DNA from: the human T2T-CHM13v2.0 reference genome, Homo sapiens
Reading direction: 5' to 3' (one strand)
Assembly (NCBI RefSeq): GCF_009914755.1
Contig: NC_060938.1
DNA length: 64,000 nucleotides
The position numbers and the translations under genes are program-made. The notes beneath the pieces are model-generated. The model was not told the DNA's origin and ran no database searches. It saw only the letters and a program-made list of their open reading frames with translations. This document shows, piece after piece, positions 1 to 15,169 of the stretch. Position 1 is the first letter of the stretch, and every line of letters begins with the position of its first letter.

Positions 1-1670
1 TTCTAAACTGCTAACTAAATATCCTGTTTCATGGCAAATAAGCTGCACTGTTTTCCTTCCCCGTGCATTTTTTTTCTTCTGCCAATTAATATTTTAGTTT
101 TCATTCTAAGTCAAGTTCATGACATGTCTCCTGCAAGAACACTTGCTTGATTGATTCTGCACATTACCAGTTTTTTTTGTTTGTTTGTTTTTGTTTTTAA
201 CTAAAGTCTAGTTCATCCATGGTCTCTGAGAATTGACTGAACATGAGGTTTATTTGGTGGTATTTTTCACCAATTGTTTTATTTATAGGTGTTTAATATT
301 TCCAAATAACTGTAAATTACTTGAAGCAGAGATGAATGTTTGGATTTTGTTCTCCGTTGCTTCTAATATAGCATTAGAGAACCAAGAGTGCTTATTAGAA
401 TTAGTTGATTTGATATTTCCTGCTGCTTTTTGAAATTAGGACTTTCCCAACTTCTAGTCCCTGACTCTCTCAGGTCCAGGTGAAAACAATCTTTGTAAAT
501 TCCCATAAGATTCTTGAAATATCTTTCCTTTGTCAACTCAATAATGCCATCTTTGTTGTTTAATAAATCCCATTGCAAGGTGATTTCTTGTTCAATTCCC
601 ATGTCCCTACAACATCCATTTTATCCACAGCTGATACACAACTAATGATTCAACTAGGTCATTTATTTATATTTTAAATTGCCTTCGATGCTCTGTCAGA
701 AGCCTACTTAACACTGAATAATCTAAAGCCCTGGTTCTTCTATAGATCTGGTAAGTAAAAGTGTTTTACAAATGAGTTCTACTGAAATATTTTAAATGTT
801 TGCCCTTCCCACTCCCATTTCCTAATCCCTATTCCATGAAGCTTAGGTCAATACAACATTTTACATATGTTAACATTTACAGAAGAAGAATTCAAACAGA
901 GGTGAAATGAAAGAGACTGATCTTTGAGCACTTTCCCATGAAAATGTTGTTATATATCCTTTGTGATATAAAATTTTAAATCATAGAATTATAAATATTT
1001 ATAAGGAACACAGTCATATTTTAATTAAAAAGAAAGGACCAAAAGAAGTTAAATGCCTTTCCTTTGTCTATATGACTGTATTGTAATAAATTAGTCTCTC
1101 TGGATGAATATCAGCAAAACTAACTTTCTATGTATTTCTTTTGAGTTTCAAACAGGAAACTTTATCTGGGAATACTTTAACAGTTCATCTCTGGAAATTT
1201 ACAAGAGCTCTACAACTGTCCATCGAAACTTCACTATAATGTGCTTAAGAGCCCTTATATGTGATATAATTTTTATATGTTTTCATCAGTAAGGATATCT
1301 TTATGGACAAATTCCAAATGACTAAACATGTATGTGTATGTGTGTTTCACACATTGTCAGCATAAAGTAAGTTCTTACTGTTATCGTTAGACTTACACAG
1401 ATGAATAGATGGACAAATAGGTAGGTATGTCTGTTCAGAATGATATTATCTTGGTTGGATTGCCATTAGTATCAGAAAAGAAAGTGTTCTTTTCAATACC
1501 TATGATTTAAGGAACATTTTGCTATAAGCTCTAATATTTCATAATTTCCATTCAAAACAATATACCAAATGAGAAGGATGGAAAGAATAGTCAAGGTAAG
1601 TTTTATGAGAAGATAAAATTTCTGAAAGTAGATAATTGGAAATGAATCTTTTGCTTCTATTGAATCTGAC

Positions 1671-1703
1671 TTTCCTTTTTTTTTTTTTTTTTTCGTGATA
1701 CAG
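1671..1703 (+). promoter_or_regulatory. 3' splice acceptor of the OR4K2 coding exon
   Basis: Long poly-T tract followed by cgtgataCAG, 23 nt before the ATG; typical OR layout of a 5' noncoding exon plus one coding exon. Confidence 0.75.
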
Positions 1704-1726
1704 GCTTCTGCCTATGAATCAAGACA

Positions 1727-2671
1727 ATGGATGTGGGCAATAAGTCTACCATGTCTGAATTTGTTTTGCTGGGGCTCTCTAATTCCTGGGAACTACAGAT
1801 GTTTTTCTTTATGGTGTTTTCATTGCTTTATGTGGCAACAATGGTGGGTAACAGCCTCATAGTCATCACAGTTATAGTGGACCCTCACCTACACTCTCCT
1901 ATGTATTTCCTGCTTACCAATCTTTCAATCATTGATATGTCTCTTGCTTCTTTCGCCACCCCAAAGATGATTACAGATTACCTAACAGGTCACAAAACCA
2001 TCTCTTTTGATGGCTGCCTTACCCAGATATTCTTTCTCCACCTTTTCACTGGAACTGAGATCATCTTACTCATGGCCATGTCCTTTGATAGGTATATTGC
2101 AATATGCAAGCCCCTGCACTATGCTTCTGTCATTAGTCCCCAGGTGTGTGTTGCTCTCGTGGTGGCTTCCTGGATTATGGGAGTTATGCATTCAATGAGT
2201 CAGGTCATATTTGCCCTCACGTTACCATTCTGTGGTCCCTATGAGGTAGACAGCTTTTTCTGTGACCTTCCTGTGGTGTTCCAGTTGGCTTGTGTGGATA
2301 CTTATGTTCTGGGCCTCTTTATGATCTCAACAAGTGGCATAATTGCGTTGTCCTGTTTTATTGTTTTATTTAATTCATATGTTATTGTCCTGGTTACTGT
2401 GAAGCATCATTCTTCCAGAGGATCATCTAAGGCCCTTTCTACTTGTACAGCTCATTTCATTGTTGTCTTCTTGTTCTTTGGGCCATGCATCTTCATCTAC
2501 ATGTGGCCACTAAGCAGCTTTCTCACAGACAAGATTCTGTCTGTGTTTTATACCATCTTTACTCCCACTCTGAACCCAATAATCTATACTTTGAGGAATC
2601 AAGAAGTAAAGATAGCCATGAGGAAACTGAAAAATAGGTTTCTAATTTTTAATAAGGCAATGCCTTCATAG
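1727..2671 (+). CDS. OR4K2: Olfactory receptor 4K2, intact, 314 aa
   Basis: Single-exon ORF with OR motifs: N-glycosylation site NKS, GN in TM1, LHSPMYFLL, MSFDRYIAICKPLHY, FFCDLP, KALSTC, PTLNPIIYTLRN. N-terminus MDVGNKSTMSEF recognised as OR4K2. Confidence 0.95.
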   Translation: MDVGNKSTMSEFVLLGLSNSWELQMFFFMVFSLLYVATMVGNSLIVITVIVDPHLHSPMYFLLTNLSIIDMSLASFATPKMITDYLTGHKTISFDGCLTQIFFLHLFTGTEIILLMAMSFDRYIAICKPLHYASVISPQVCVALVVASWIMGVMHSMSQVIFALTLPFCGPYEVDSFFCDLPVVFQLACVDTYVLGLFMISTSGIIALSCFIVLFNSYVIVLVTVKHHSSRGSSKALSTCTAHFIVVFLFFGPCIFIYMWPLSSFLTDKILSVFYTIFTPTLNPIIYTLRNQEVKIAMRKLKNRFLIFNKAMPS

Positions 2672-5408
2672 TTTTTGTGACACAGAACATTAGACACAAT
2701 GCTGTGTTAGGCTTTTCTTTCTAGAGGGTTCTTACCAAATTGTAATTGCCAAGAATTTGTGAGGGCTCAAGTTCAGTGCATTTTGAAACTATTCTCATGA
2801 ATGTGAATGTGTTCAAAATACATTTGAAATTTCAGAAAAGCAAGTTAAAAGAAATAAAGACTATAAAAATGTCAGGAGTGACAGTTCCAGTTAGGACATT
2901 CAATATCAATAATCAATTTATTGGAAAAGAGGACCAAGGAATGAGGAGAAGAAATATAGATTAAAGCAGAACTAGGAGATAATGACAATTACCCACAGTG
3001 AGCAACTGAGTCACTTAGTGAGATGCTCCTAAAGTATGACAAGCTAGCAAGATTCCTATAATCCTTAGGAACTCCATACTGCTGTAGGATCTTAGCCTCT
3101 GACAGAGAAGCAATGATTTTCCACATACGTTCCCAAGCCACTCCTACTTAACATTTAAACCAATTTGTGATCTCTTCTATTAAAGAAAACTCTAGATATA
3201 TTTTATTTCGAATGTTAATGACGTCCATAAAATTGCCGTAAGTGTAGCAATCTTTACCAACCACTTTTAGTTCATCATCAAAGCAATACAGTCATGATAT
3301 TTCTTTCTGATAATGCAGAATGAGTAGGGAGGCTGGAGAATTCTGCAAATCAGAAAATATGAAATGAGTTGCAGATCAGTACACTTTGTTTTGTGCAGAC
3401 ACGATGGTTGCTTAGTTCCTAAGAAGTTAAAACTAGAATTGAGAGACACAGTTTATAACAGTTGAATTTATGGGGAGTCCATGCTTTCATTTTAAAGTGT
3501 TATATTGCTTTCCATTTTGGTTATTTTTTTCTTGAAATATTTGGATGTAAAAATAATGAATCTGCATTTAGTAATACATTGTCAATGTAATAAGTATGTT
3601 TTTGTACACAAATAGGTTTTGTTACTGTTATAAATAAATCTGGTAGGTTCAATATTAGCTTTAATGTATACAAAGTATTACTACCACCTGCTGGTACTAA
3701 CTGGAATTGCAAGTATTGAAAGAGGAAAAATAATTGTGTATACCCTACTTTGCAAATCATCTTTAAATGATGGCAAACATTCATGAGTTAACTCTTATTT
3801 AGAATTTTCTAAATGATATTGATAAAATATAGTGTCTTATATATGATCCAACATGTATCCACAAAGGGAAAGATATGTTGCAACCACAGTATTTGATAAT
3901 ATCAAGTTGTTATTTTCTGGTATGATTGAGTAAATGGAGAAAACAAATGAAATGCATTAATTATCATTTATGAAAGATAATTAAAACAGAAAATCCTTAG
4001 ATGTTCATATTAAACCAAGTTATAAAAGGAATTTATTTTTTCTTCATCAGTTTGTGTTTTATTTCTTCATTAATGTACTAAGCAAATAAGGAAAAAACTT
4101 ACAGCTTGAAAGTCTGTGATACTGTGTTTAAAGCCTGAGCAGTTTTGAAATTATTAGATAATAACGTCTACAGTATTAACATAAAATAAAACATGCTTCT
4201 GTAAGCACAAGATTAGCATAATTCTATTTTAAATAGGGATACAAATAGGCCAATTTAGGTTTTGAGTGTGAACTTTCTCTTGGTTGCAGTTATATGTACA
4301 AATATGTTCATATTCAAGGACTTCGTTTATGTAGAATGTTTTAGCTGGTGTTTAAAAATGCTAGAAATAATTCTTTTACTTGACATATTTCTTTGTCCAG
4401 GGAATATTTTCAAAACTGTGCTGCTTTTTGCAATATAAAACTGTGGAATCTTTTGGAAGAGACGCTATTGATTTTCTGTGCTTTTGTGGAGAATTCTAAA
4501 ACTCAAGAACATTTGCCAAAATACCCTCAAAGGTGTAGCTGATCAGCAGACAACTCTATAAGGCAAGTCAATAATGAGATTAAGTAGTTGGATTGATAGT
4601 AAAGTTCTGTGGCTGATAATAAAAAGGATTACAGAAAGCCTTTGGAGGGCTTACATATATAAATGGAACTATCACATTTCTCGGTGGCTTAGTGTGAGGA
4701 GTCAATATTCATGGTACCTCTGCATGTTATAGAAACACTTAAAAATCTTAGTTAGGACTTTAGGACTCATGGTGGTTGGTTTTATCGATATATCTCTTAG
4801 ACAAGATGCTGACACTCTTTCACCAAGGATAACTGCAGTGACATGGCCATGGACTCGTTAAGCAATAGTAAGGATGGTGCCAGCTGCCACCAGAGTTTCC
4901 AGAGACAGAGATAATGTTCTGCAGAGAATACAAGATAAGCAGGCAAGTATAATTTTAAGTGATCTGCACTATCTGCAATAACACAACTGAGGGAGTTCTG
5001 GAGCATTTATAAGAAGAGTGTGTTGACAAGCAACTTCATCTTCCTCTACGTGTTTAGGAAGCTGTGAAGCTTGACAACAATTGAATGCAGATGGAAAAAC
5101 TGTTAAAAATCAGGTATAGATAAAAACAGATAAAGTGTAAATTTTAATATGTGAAGGAACTGGATATATGTAATAGCAATAAAAACTACAAATTATGTTT
5201 GTTTCTAAAAATGCTTAAGAAAACTTTTAGAATACTATATGGTATAATGATGGTGGATTTACCATAAAGCTTGTAAAGCTTAGGTTTTATAACTCCTCCT
5301 TTGCATGGATTTCCTCGAAGGCCCTAGAATGGAAACTAACAACCTTTTATTAGTTATTTCGATTTTTTTTTCCTGAAACAGGTGTCCTCAAACTGTATAA
5401 GCTTTAAG

Positions 5409-5633
5409 CCTAGCTTGTCCAACCCATGACCTGCAGGTTGCATGCGGCTCAGGAGATGGCTTTAAATTCAGCCCAACACAAATTCATAAGCTTTCTTGAA
5501 ACATTATAAGATTTTCTTGTGATTTTTTTGTAAAGCTCATCAGCTATCTTTAGTATCAGTGTATTTTATGTGTGGCCCAACACAATTCTTCTTCCAATGT
5601 GGCCCAGAGAAGCCAAAACTTTGGACACCCCTG
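5409..5633 (-). mobile_element. MER30-like hAT non-autonomous DNA transposon
   Basis: Reverse complement begins CAGGGGTGTCCAAAGTTTTGGCTTCTCTGGGCCACATTGGAAGAAGAATTG, matching the recalled MER30 consensus. Confidence 0.8.
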
Positions 5634-5659
5634 CATTAAAAGGCTCTGCAGAATCTGAA

Positions 5660-5900
5660 GTCTAATGTGTAGTTTTAAAAGTCTTAGACTCTGGTATCTT
5701 TTTTTTTTTTAAACAGTGTTTAATACTACTTCTACTACTAGTGGTGTAAACTTAAGCTAAGTACTTAATACCTCTTAGCCTCAGTTTCTACATATGTTAA
5801 AGGAGATAATAGTGGTCTCTACACCACAGAGTTATTTGAGGCATAAAAGAAGCAAATAATATGAAGCATATGGTTGTCAATAAATGTTAGTCATTGTATC
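5660..5900 (+). mobile_element. MIR SINE, degraded
   Basis: MIR core-like ctaagtacttaatacctcttagcctcagtttctacat and 3' caataaatgttag. Confidence 0.6.
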
Positions 5901-8271
5901 ATTCTGGGTGATAACCTCTGGATATCTTTGTTTATGGGACTTGATAGTCTCTTGAGCTAACACTTGACTTGTTTAATTTAAAAGGTAAATTTTCATTTAT
6001 ATGTTTTAAATATTCATGTCTGTATATGTGTGTCAGTATTAATTTGAAAAATTAAAAGTAACTTCCACTAGAAAATTACACTGGTTCTTACATTAATTAA
6101 AGCTTCTGGAAACTTGTTTTTCTGTCTGTTCACAACTGTCATTAATCAAGAGAAGTATCAAGTTGTTGCTTAATCATTATGCTATTGCTTCTTTACAATG
6201 AATAAATATTAAATTGGTTTATTGATTTTAGGATGAATTCACATTACAATTGTTGTCAGAATAAGAATGATGTTTGACTCATATTATTAAGGTGAAGAGA
6301 TAGGCAGATGGATAGATTAGTAGATAGATGAAGTTTTGTATTATATGAGCTGTCTTATGTGAAGTATTTTTCTGCATTGATAAGGGTTTAGGATAATGTG
6401 ATCACTGGATTATGCTGCTATATAGAAGTTCTTGGTAAAATGCTGTTATTTGTGCATATCCAGACTCTTTATGAAAGTATTTTCAAATTTAAAAAAACTA
6501 CCAGTGAATCTATTCTCTACATGTGAGTTTTTAAACAACTCAGTTATAGCAAAATTTGTTGAGAGAGTTGGAGTAATCCTCCTATTTCCCTATTCTTTCC
6601 CTGATATTATTTTGCATGATTTTTGGATGTATGTGTCAATTGAAAAACGGGGAGAAGAAAACAGCCAGGGAAATCTAATTCATGTGAACTTCTTGCATGT
6701 ACTCTCAGATGCCAATGAAATCCGCTAAGCAACTTGATAGTTTTTTGGTTTATAAGTTTCTGTTGTGCTTTGTTGTTTGGAATTATTTTTAATGCTCTTG
6801 GTTACACCATGAGGTAAATATGCACAAATTATTCTGGAGCGTGTAGGACCAACACTCAAATGAGACTGGAAATGTGACTGGGATCATTGATTCATGTATT
6901 CTGTCTCTATTGTTGCTAATATAACTCAATTGACATGTTATTTTTTCTCTTTGATTTTTGTAAAACAAACAAATAAATTCCAATATCTAGTATGTACTAA
7001 AATACTATAGTTTCATTTTTATTTTTTACTCTGATAATTTACACTGCCAATATAAGGAGATGAATACCTATTTTTTAAATTAAAAAATGTTCTCGGGCTG
7101 GAGGCTCCAGGTATTTTTCCCCCATTAGCCTTTTTATGACTACTAAATGCAAGACCACTGTTAATTCGCCTTTTTTCTTTATGTTTTAACTGTACTAGGA
7201 ATCTGAAGCCATCAACAAAAGCCAGATTTTTCTCCCTTTGCTCACTTGCCACCTGTTAAAGAAAATTTAAAGGAGAGATTTTTTTTTTTAGTTTGAGACT
7301 AGAAATAGCAATTTAATTAGTAATTTGTTTTTATATAATAATATATTTATATCAATTTTTTCTTCTTGTTTGAGTGTACTTATATTGGTTGTCCTACAGT
7401 TAAGAAAACGGAAACCATTGGGTAAATTAAGCAGATTTAATACAATGTATTAAATGCTTGTGAATAATTCAAAGACTTACAGGAACATGCATTGGAGGCT
7501 GCAACTGGAGCTATTGTGTTCCAGAGCACATTACCCCAGTAATGTGATGTAAGGGCAAAAGGCAAAAAGCCTTGGTGTCATTGCCACTCCTTCATCACCC
7601 TCAGCACTCTTGAAGGTGGTGGATAGTCACTGGACACAGGTATGGCTGCCACAGTTGCTTTCCCTCACATCTCATCATCATCTTGCTCACCAGCGGCAAT
7701 TATATCAGTAGATCCCTCTGCCTCACTTGTGCTTTCTAAAGCTCATTTGGTGCATCTAATTGGTGGAATCTATTTTGCACAGAGAAACTTGGCTTCAAAA
7801 ATCAATTTGTAGATTTCAAGATTCTTATGCAACAGAAAACATGCTAATAGAGGGTGGATTGGAGGGAGACTCCGTCAATCAATCAATATCCATTACTTTA
7901 ATTTTTTTATTATAACCTTTTTATTGCAGTGTAAAAGCAAGGTAAAGAAAAATACACAAACATGTTTAGCTTAATGAAATATTACAAGGCAAACACCATT
8001 ATAATCACATTTCAAGTCACAAAATAGAACTTCGCCAGCCACCCCTGAAGTCCTCAAGTTTGTTCATCTCGATGACAACTCTCTCCTCCAAAATTAACCA
8101 TTACCCTGACTTAATAAATTATTTGCATTTCTTTTCAGTTTCATGAATACATATATACTCAAATATACATCCATACACACTCAAACTTGGCCTCACCAAC
8201 TTTGTTTCCTTTTCTTGTAGCCTACAAGTCTCACTATCACTATCTCTTCAATTTCTGTATAATTTATCTTT

Positions 8272-8481
8272 CTTTTTCTTTTTTTTTTCTTTTTTTTTTT
8301 TTTTGAGACGGAGTCTTGCTCTGTCGCCCAGGCTGGAGTGCAGTAGCGTGATCTCCGCTCATTGCAAACTCTGCCTTCCGGATTCACGCCATTCTCCTGC
8401 CTCAGCCTCCTGAGTAGCTGGGACTACAGGCGCCCGCCACCACGCCCAGCTAATTTTTTGTATTTTTAGTAGAGAAGGGGT
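8272..8481 (-). mobile_element. 5'-truncated AluY-like element
   Basis: Poly-T, then gagacggagtcttgctctgtcgcccagg...ttcacgccattctcc; flanked on both sides by target-site duplication (TSD) tataatttatcttt. Confidence 0.9.
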
Positions 8482-9765
8482 TATAATTTATCTTTTGAAA
8501 AACCTGAGTTATTTACCATCTAGGGTCTCCCAGAGTCTGAAATATGCTGATTGCATGCTCATGGTACAGTTCAACATGGACTTCTGTCACTGCATTTTCT
8601 GCAAATTGCCTATCCAGCAGCTTAATCATATTTAGTTTGATACTTTTTGCAAGACAAATGACAGATGATGTTATATTTTTTCATCCAAAAGATCTTGATG
8701 TCTTGCTTTATCTCTTTGGGAATGATAGTGCTGTTGTTGCTGTAGTAGTTGATATCTCTAACCATTTTTGTTGGCTGAAGCTTATTCTCTACTATATTCC
8801 TCAGGAAGTCTTCTTGAAGACCCTATTCTCTGAATTCTGGCGTGTTGGCAAGTTTCTTTGAAATATTTATGTACTGTAATTTCATTGGCTATTCCTTTAT
8901 TTTCTTGATTATCTTAAATTGAAATAATGACTCTCTTTGTAAGCACTTTGTCTGGAGTCTGCAAAGCCTGTATTTTTCTTCACTCACCCTAGCATACCAT
9001 ATAATTAGAAGTTTGGAACTGATCTTTTAATTTTTGGAGGGAGGTATTAATAATCCTTCTGATATTTATATTAGTAGTTAAATAATTAAATAGTAGTTAA
9101 AGTAATTAAATAGGACTCTATTGCACTCAAGAGATTTTAAAACGTTTAAATTTCTAAATTTCCTTTAAGTATATTAAAATGTACCTAAATAAAATTGTTC
9201 TTCAAGAGTAACATGTAATTGAATCATCAACATCTTTATATAACTTTTCCAATTTTTTAAAGAAAGATACCTCTCTTGCAGCTCAATTGCTTTTTAAATA
9301 AAATAAATTTGAATCCCTGTTTGTACCTGGAGACCGTTTTGATCTGCCCTCCTCACCTCACATTTCACACATGGAGAAAAAAAGTCTGCACTTATAAAGC
9401 AATTATGCTACAAAACATGAAATGACTTCTTATCCTAAAGGAAAAGAACAAATTATGAATATATTGTAAAGTAGCTCAAATAAGATTGAGGCTGGTCTTT
9501 CTGTGTGTCTGTTTCACTTAAAACTCATGTAACATTTACAAAAACACATTAACATGTAGGCCATAACGTCTTGATAAATACCAGAAAGTCGGTAATTACG
9601 GAAGACATTATCTAATCACAAAGCAATGAAAATAATGAAATGATAAATAGTCCTTCCTTACCCACCCACTGCACCCCCAAAATAAACCCTATACCTTTGG
9701 AAATTTTAAAAAAATGCTTTGCAAGTAAGTCCATCAGTCAAAAAGATAATTCGACAAAATATGTC

Positions 9766-10170
<405 letters not shown>

Positions 10171-10699
10171 AACATTTCGAACTGAGTAATACAAATAGAC
10201 TTAATATCAACACTTGTGAAGCAAATGTCTATTCATAAATGTGCAAGTTAAAACATAAGAGAAAAAACAGTAAGCTTAGTGTTCTATATACGAAATTAGA
10301 AAAAATTACTAAACAGGAATAAGGGAAGAGAAGGAGAAAAATCATAAACATAAAGCAGAATATAATGACATTTTCTCCAGCTGTCTTTATGGGCGTAGCT
10401 TAAGCTTAATGTCAAAACCCTGTGAAGATGCTAGAATAAGGAGAGTTTTTAGACAATTTTGTTTTTGAATGTAGTACACGTATCTGTTAGGATTTGATTA
10501 GGAAAGCTGAACCACTAAGGGTGACACGTAATAAAGAATTGATTATACGGATTAGACATTACACAATAATAAGAATCAGTGGAGAACTCTAGGCAAAGCT
10601 GTTGCTTCTGAAGCTGGTGGTGTACCTGAAGTTGCTTATAGGTTAGCAAGGTAGTGGCTGAAAGAAAAACTAGATATGAAATCTGAAGTTTATCTAGTT

Positions 10700-11880
10700 G
10701 ATATTTTCTAGTGAACAAGTCTAATTTCTTTCTTGGTTTTTAACTGTAATTTTTTGAGTTATTTTGTTTTGTGGCAGCTCCAGGGATCACAACCTGCATG
10801 CTGACTTATCACAATTTACTTCATATTAATACTAATTTAGTCCCAGTAAAATATAGAAACTTTGTTTCAGTATACCTTCATTTCCTCCCACTTCTTTGTG
10901 CTGGTATTGTCACACACATTACATCTCATATTTATAAGTAGAAAATAAAGCTTTATAATTATTTTATACAATTGATTTTCAAATCAGGTTGTAGAAAAAA
11001 AGAAAAAAGCCCATTTATATAGGATTTAATATTTACCTACATAGTTCGCTTTACTTGTGCACTTTAATTCTTTATATTGAATGAGGTTACTCCCTGGTGT
11101 CTTTTTATTTCAGCTTGAAGAATTTCCTTTCATATTCCTTGTAGAGAAGATCTAGTAATTGCTTATCATTCTCTTTGTTTGAATCCAGGACTATCTTTAT
11201 TTCACCTTTATTTTTGAAGGATTTTTTTCTTTGTTGCTATTTTTCTTTCAGTAATTTCAATATGCTATCTTACTGTTTTTCAACCTCCATTGTCTTTTCC
11301 AGTGAAAAGTCACTTGTTAATTTTAATGAGGTTTCCTTATCCTATGTGTTGGCTTTCTCTTACTGACTTCAGAATTTTCTCTCTGTCTTCCAACAGTTTG
11401 AGTATGATAGTCTATAATAGGTATGGATCTTTTTGTGTTTATCTTCTTTAAAGTTTGTTAAGGTTTTCGGATCTGTAAATTAAGGTTCATCAATTTTGGG
11501 ATGTCTTCAGGTATGTTTTTCAGGTATCACATGTTTTTCTGCACCTTTCTCTTTGGTCCTTCTGGGACTTCCATTTTGGTCATTTTGCTATAATTTTATT
11601 GTGTCCTGCAAGTCTGTGAAGCTCTGTTCATTATTCTTCATACTTTTTTTCTTGTTTTTTTCAGATTTCATAATTTCTATTGATCTATCTTCAGGTTTGC
11701 TGATTCTTTCTTATGGCACCTAAAATTTGGTATCAAATCCCTCTAGTGAATTTTCATTTTACATATTTTATTTTTTCTCTTTAGAATTTCTATTGTTTCT
11801 TATTTATAATTTATATTTCTTTATTTTCATTCTCTTTTTGGTGAATATTGTTATTATTCTTTCCTTTTAATTATTGTTTT
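10700..11880 (-). mobile_element. Old L1M fragment, apparently continued after 21465
   Basis: T-rich, degraded antisense L1 sequence that appears to resume after the younger L1 insertion. Confidence 0.55.
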
Positions 11881-14844
11881 CTGATCCAGTCATGTCTTTC
11901 TTCTTTTTATTTTTTTTTCCAATTTTTAAAATATTTTTATTATAGATTCAGGGGGTACATGTGCTTGTTTGTTACATAGGTATTACATGTGTAATGGTGG
12001 GGTTTGCGCTTCTAGTGTACCCATTACCCATATATTGGAAATTTTCAAACCTACCCCCTGCATGCCCCCATTTGGAATTCTCAGAGTCTATTTTCCCCAT
12101 CTTTATGTCCATGTGTACCCTTTCTTTAGTCCCAACTTATAAGTGAGAACATGCAATATTATTTTATGCTTCTGTGTTAGTTTACTTAGGATAATGGCCT
12201 CCAGCTTCATCCATGTTACCGCAAATGACATTTTATTCTTTTTTTATGGCTATGTAGTAATCCATGGTGTATATATATCACATTTTCTTTATCCAGTCAG
12301 CTGTTGGTAGACACTTAGTTTGGTTCTGTGACTTTGTTGTTGTAAACAGTGCTTCCATAAATATATGAATGCAAATATATTTTTGATATAATGATTTATT
12401 TTCTTTTGGGTAGACAGCTGGTAGCTGGATTGCAGGGTTGAATGGTAGTTCTACTTTCATTTCTTTGAGATATCTCCATATTGTATTCCACAGAGATTGA
12501 AATTACATTCACACCAACAGTGTATGAGCATTCCCTTTTCTCTGCATCCACACCAACATCTGTTTTATGACTTTTAATGAAAGCCATTCTGACTAGTGTA
12601 AGATGGTATCTCTTGTGGCTTTAATTTGCATTTCTCTGATAATTGGTGTTGGGCATTTTTTCATGTGTTTGTTGGCTACTTGTGTTTCTTCTTTTGAGAA
12701 TTGTTTATTCCTGTCTTTTGCCCAGTTTTTGATAAGGTTGTTTGCTTTTTTCTTGTTGAGGTGCTTGAGTTCCTGGTAGATTCTAGATATAAATCTCTGG
12801 TTAGAGGCATAATTTGTAAATATATTTTTCCCATTCTGTGGGTTGTCTGTTTATTCTGTTGATTATTTCTTTTGCTGTGCAGAAGCTTTTTAGTTTGTTT
12901 AAGTCCCATTTGCCTATTTTTGTCTTTATTGCAATTGCTTTTGGGTCTTCATCACAAACTCTTTGCTTAGGCCAATATTAAAAAGAGTTTTTCTAGGTTT
13001 TCTTCTAATATTTGTATAGTTTCAGGTCTTACATGTAGGTCTTTAATCCGTCTTGGGGTAATTTTTGTATATGGTGGGAGGTAGGGGTCTAGTTTTGTTC
13101 TTTCATATATGGCTAGCCAGTTTTCCAAGCACCATTTATTGAATATTTATTGATTAGAGTGTCCTTTCTCCATTGCTTGTCTTTGTTGACTTTACTAAAG
13201 AACAGCTGGTTACAGGTACGTGGCTTTGTTTTTGGGTTCTGTATTCTGTTCTATTGTCTATCTTTGTATCAGTACCACGCTTCTTTAGTTATTATATCCT
13301 CGTAGTATAATTTGAAGTCAGACAATGTAATACCTCCAAATTAGAACTTTTTGCTTAGGATTGCTTTGGCTCTTTGGGATTTTTTGTTTTTGTTTTTGTT
13401 TTTGTTTTTGGGTCCATATGAACTTTAGGACTTTTTTTTTCTAATTCTGTGAAAAATGACATTGGTAGTTTGATAGGAATTGCATTGAATATGTAGATTG
13501 CTTTGGTTGGATAATGAGGTCATTTTAATGATAGTTATTCTTCTAATTCATGAGCATGGAAAGTTTTTCCATTTTTTGTGGGTCATCTTCAATTTCTTTC
13601 ATCAGTGTTTTGTAGTTCTCCTTGTAAAGATATTTCACCACCTTGATTAAGTGTATTTCTAGGTATTTTATTTTTGTGTGTGGCTATTGTAAATGTAATT
13701 GAGTTATTAATTTGGTTCTCAGCTTGAAGATTATTGGTGTATAGAAATGGTACTAGTTTTTGTACATTGATTTTGTATCCTGAGACTCTTCTGAAGTTGC
13801 TTATCAAGTCTAGGAATCTTCTAGAGGAGTCTTTAGGGTTTTCTAAGTATACAATCATGTTGTCAGCAAACAGAGACAATTTAACTTCCTCTTTTCCAAT
13901 TTGAATGCCTTTATTTCTTTTTCTTCCCTGATAGCTCTGGAGAGGACTGCCAGTGCTATGTTGAATAAGAGTGTATGTTTATATGCATTAATTCCTTTCT
14001 TCTAGGTTTCTAGTTTGTGTGCATAGAGGTGTTCATAGTAGTCTCTTATTTTTTGTATTTCTTTGGTGTCAGTTGTAATGTCATTTTTATCATTTCTGAT
14101 TGTACTTATTTGAATTTTCTCTTTTTTTCTTAGTCTAGCTAGTGGTCTGTCAATTTTGTTTATTCTTTCAAAGAAACAATTTTTTTGTTGCATTGATTAC
14201 ACTGTGTTTTTTTGTCTCAATTTCACTTATTTCTGCTTGGATTTCAGGTATGTATTTTATTCTACTAACTTTGGGTTTGGTTTTTTATTGTTTTTTCTAG
14301 TTCCTTCAGGTGCAACATTATATTGTGAACTTTAGATATTTCCATCTTTTTGATGTAAGCATTTAACACTGTAAACTTTCCTTCTAGCACTGCCTTTGTT
14401 GTATCCCAGAGACTTTAGTATGTTGTGTTTCTATTTCATTTATTTTAAAGAATTTTTACAATTTCTGTCCTGATTTCGTTTTTTACCCAAAAGTTGTTCA
14501 GGAGCAAGTTTTTAGTTTCCATGTACTGGTGTAGTTTTGAGAGTATTTTTGGTATTAATTTCTAATTTTATTCCAGTGTGGTCCAGAAGGTACTGGATAT
14601 AATCTCAGTTTTTAAAAATGTATTGAGACTTGCCTTATGCCTGAGCATATGCTTGATTTTGAAGGGTAGTCTTTGTGCAGATAAGAGAAATGTATATTCT
14701 GCAGTTGTTGGGTAAAATGTTCTGTAGATGTCTATTAGGTCCATTTGGTATATTTTTCAGTTTAAGTCCAGAGTTTCTTTGTTGATTCTCTTCTTCAATG
14801 ATCTATTTAGTGATTTCAGTGAGGTATTAAAGTCCCCCACTATT

Positions 14845-15158
<314 letters not shown>

Positions 15159-15169
15159 CCCCACTATTA

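Noticed and set aside
1629-1638. TAGATAATT motif near several OR genes as a standalone element
   Set aside because: An AT-rich 9-mer is expected roughly once per strand by chance in this window and it also occurs at about 47645; kept only as part of the OR4K4P/OR4K5 donor context.
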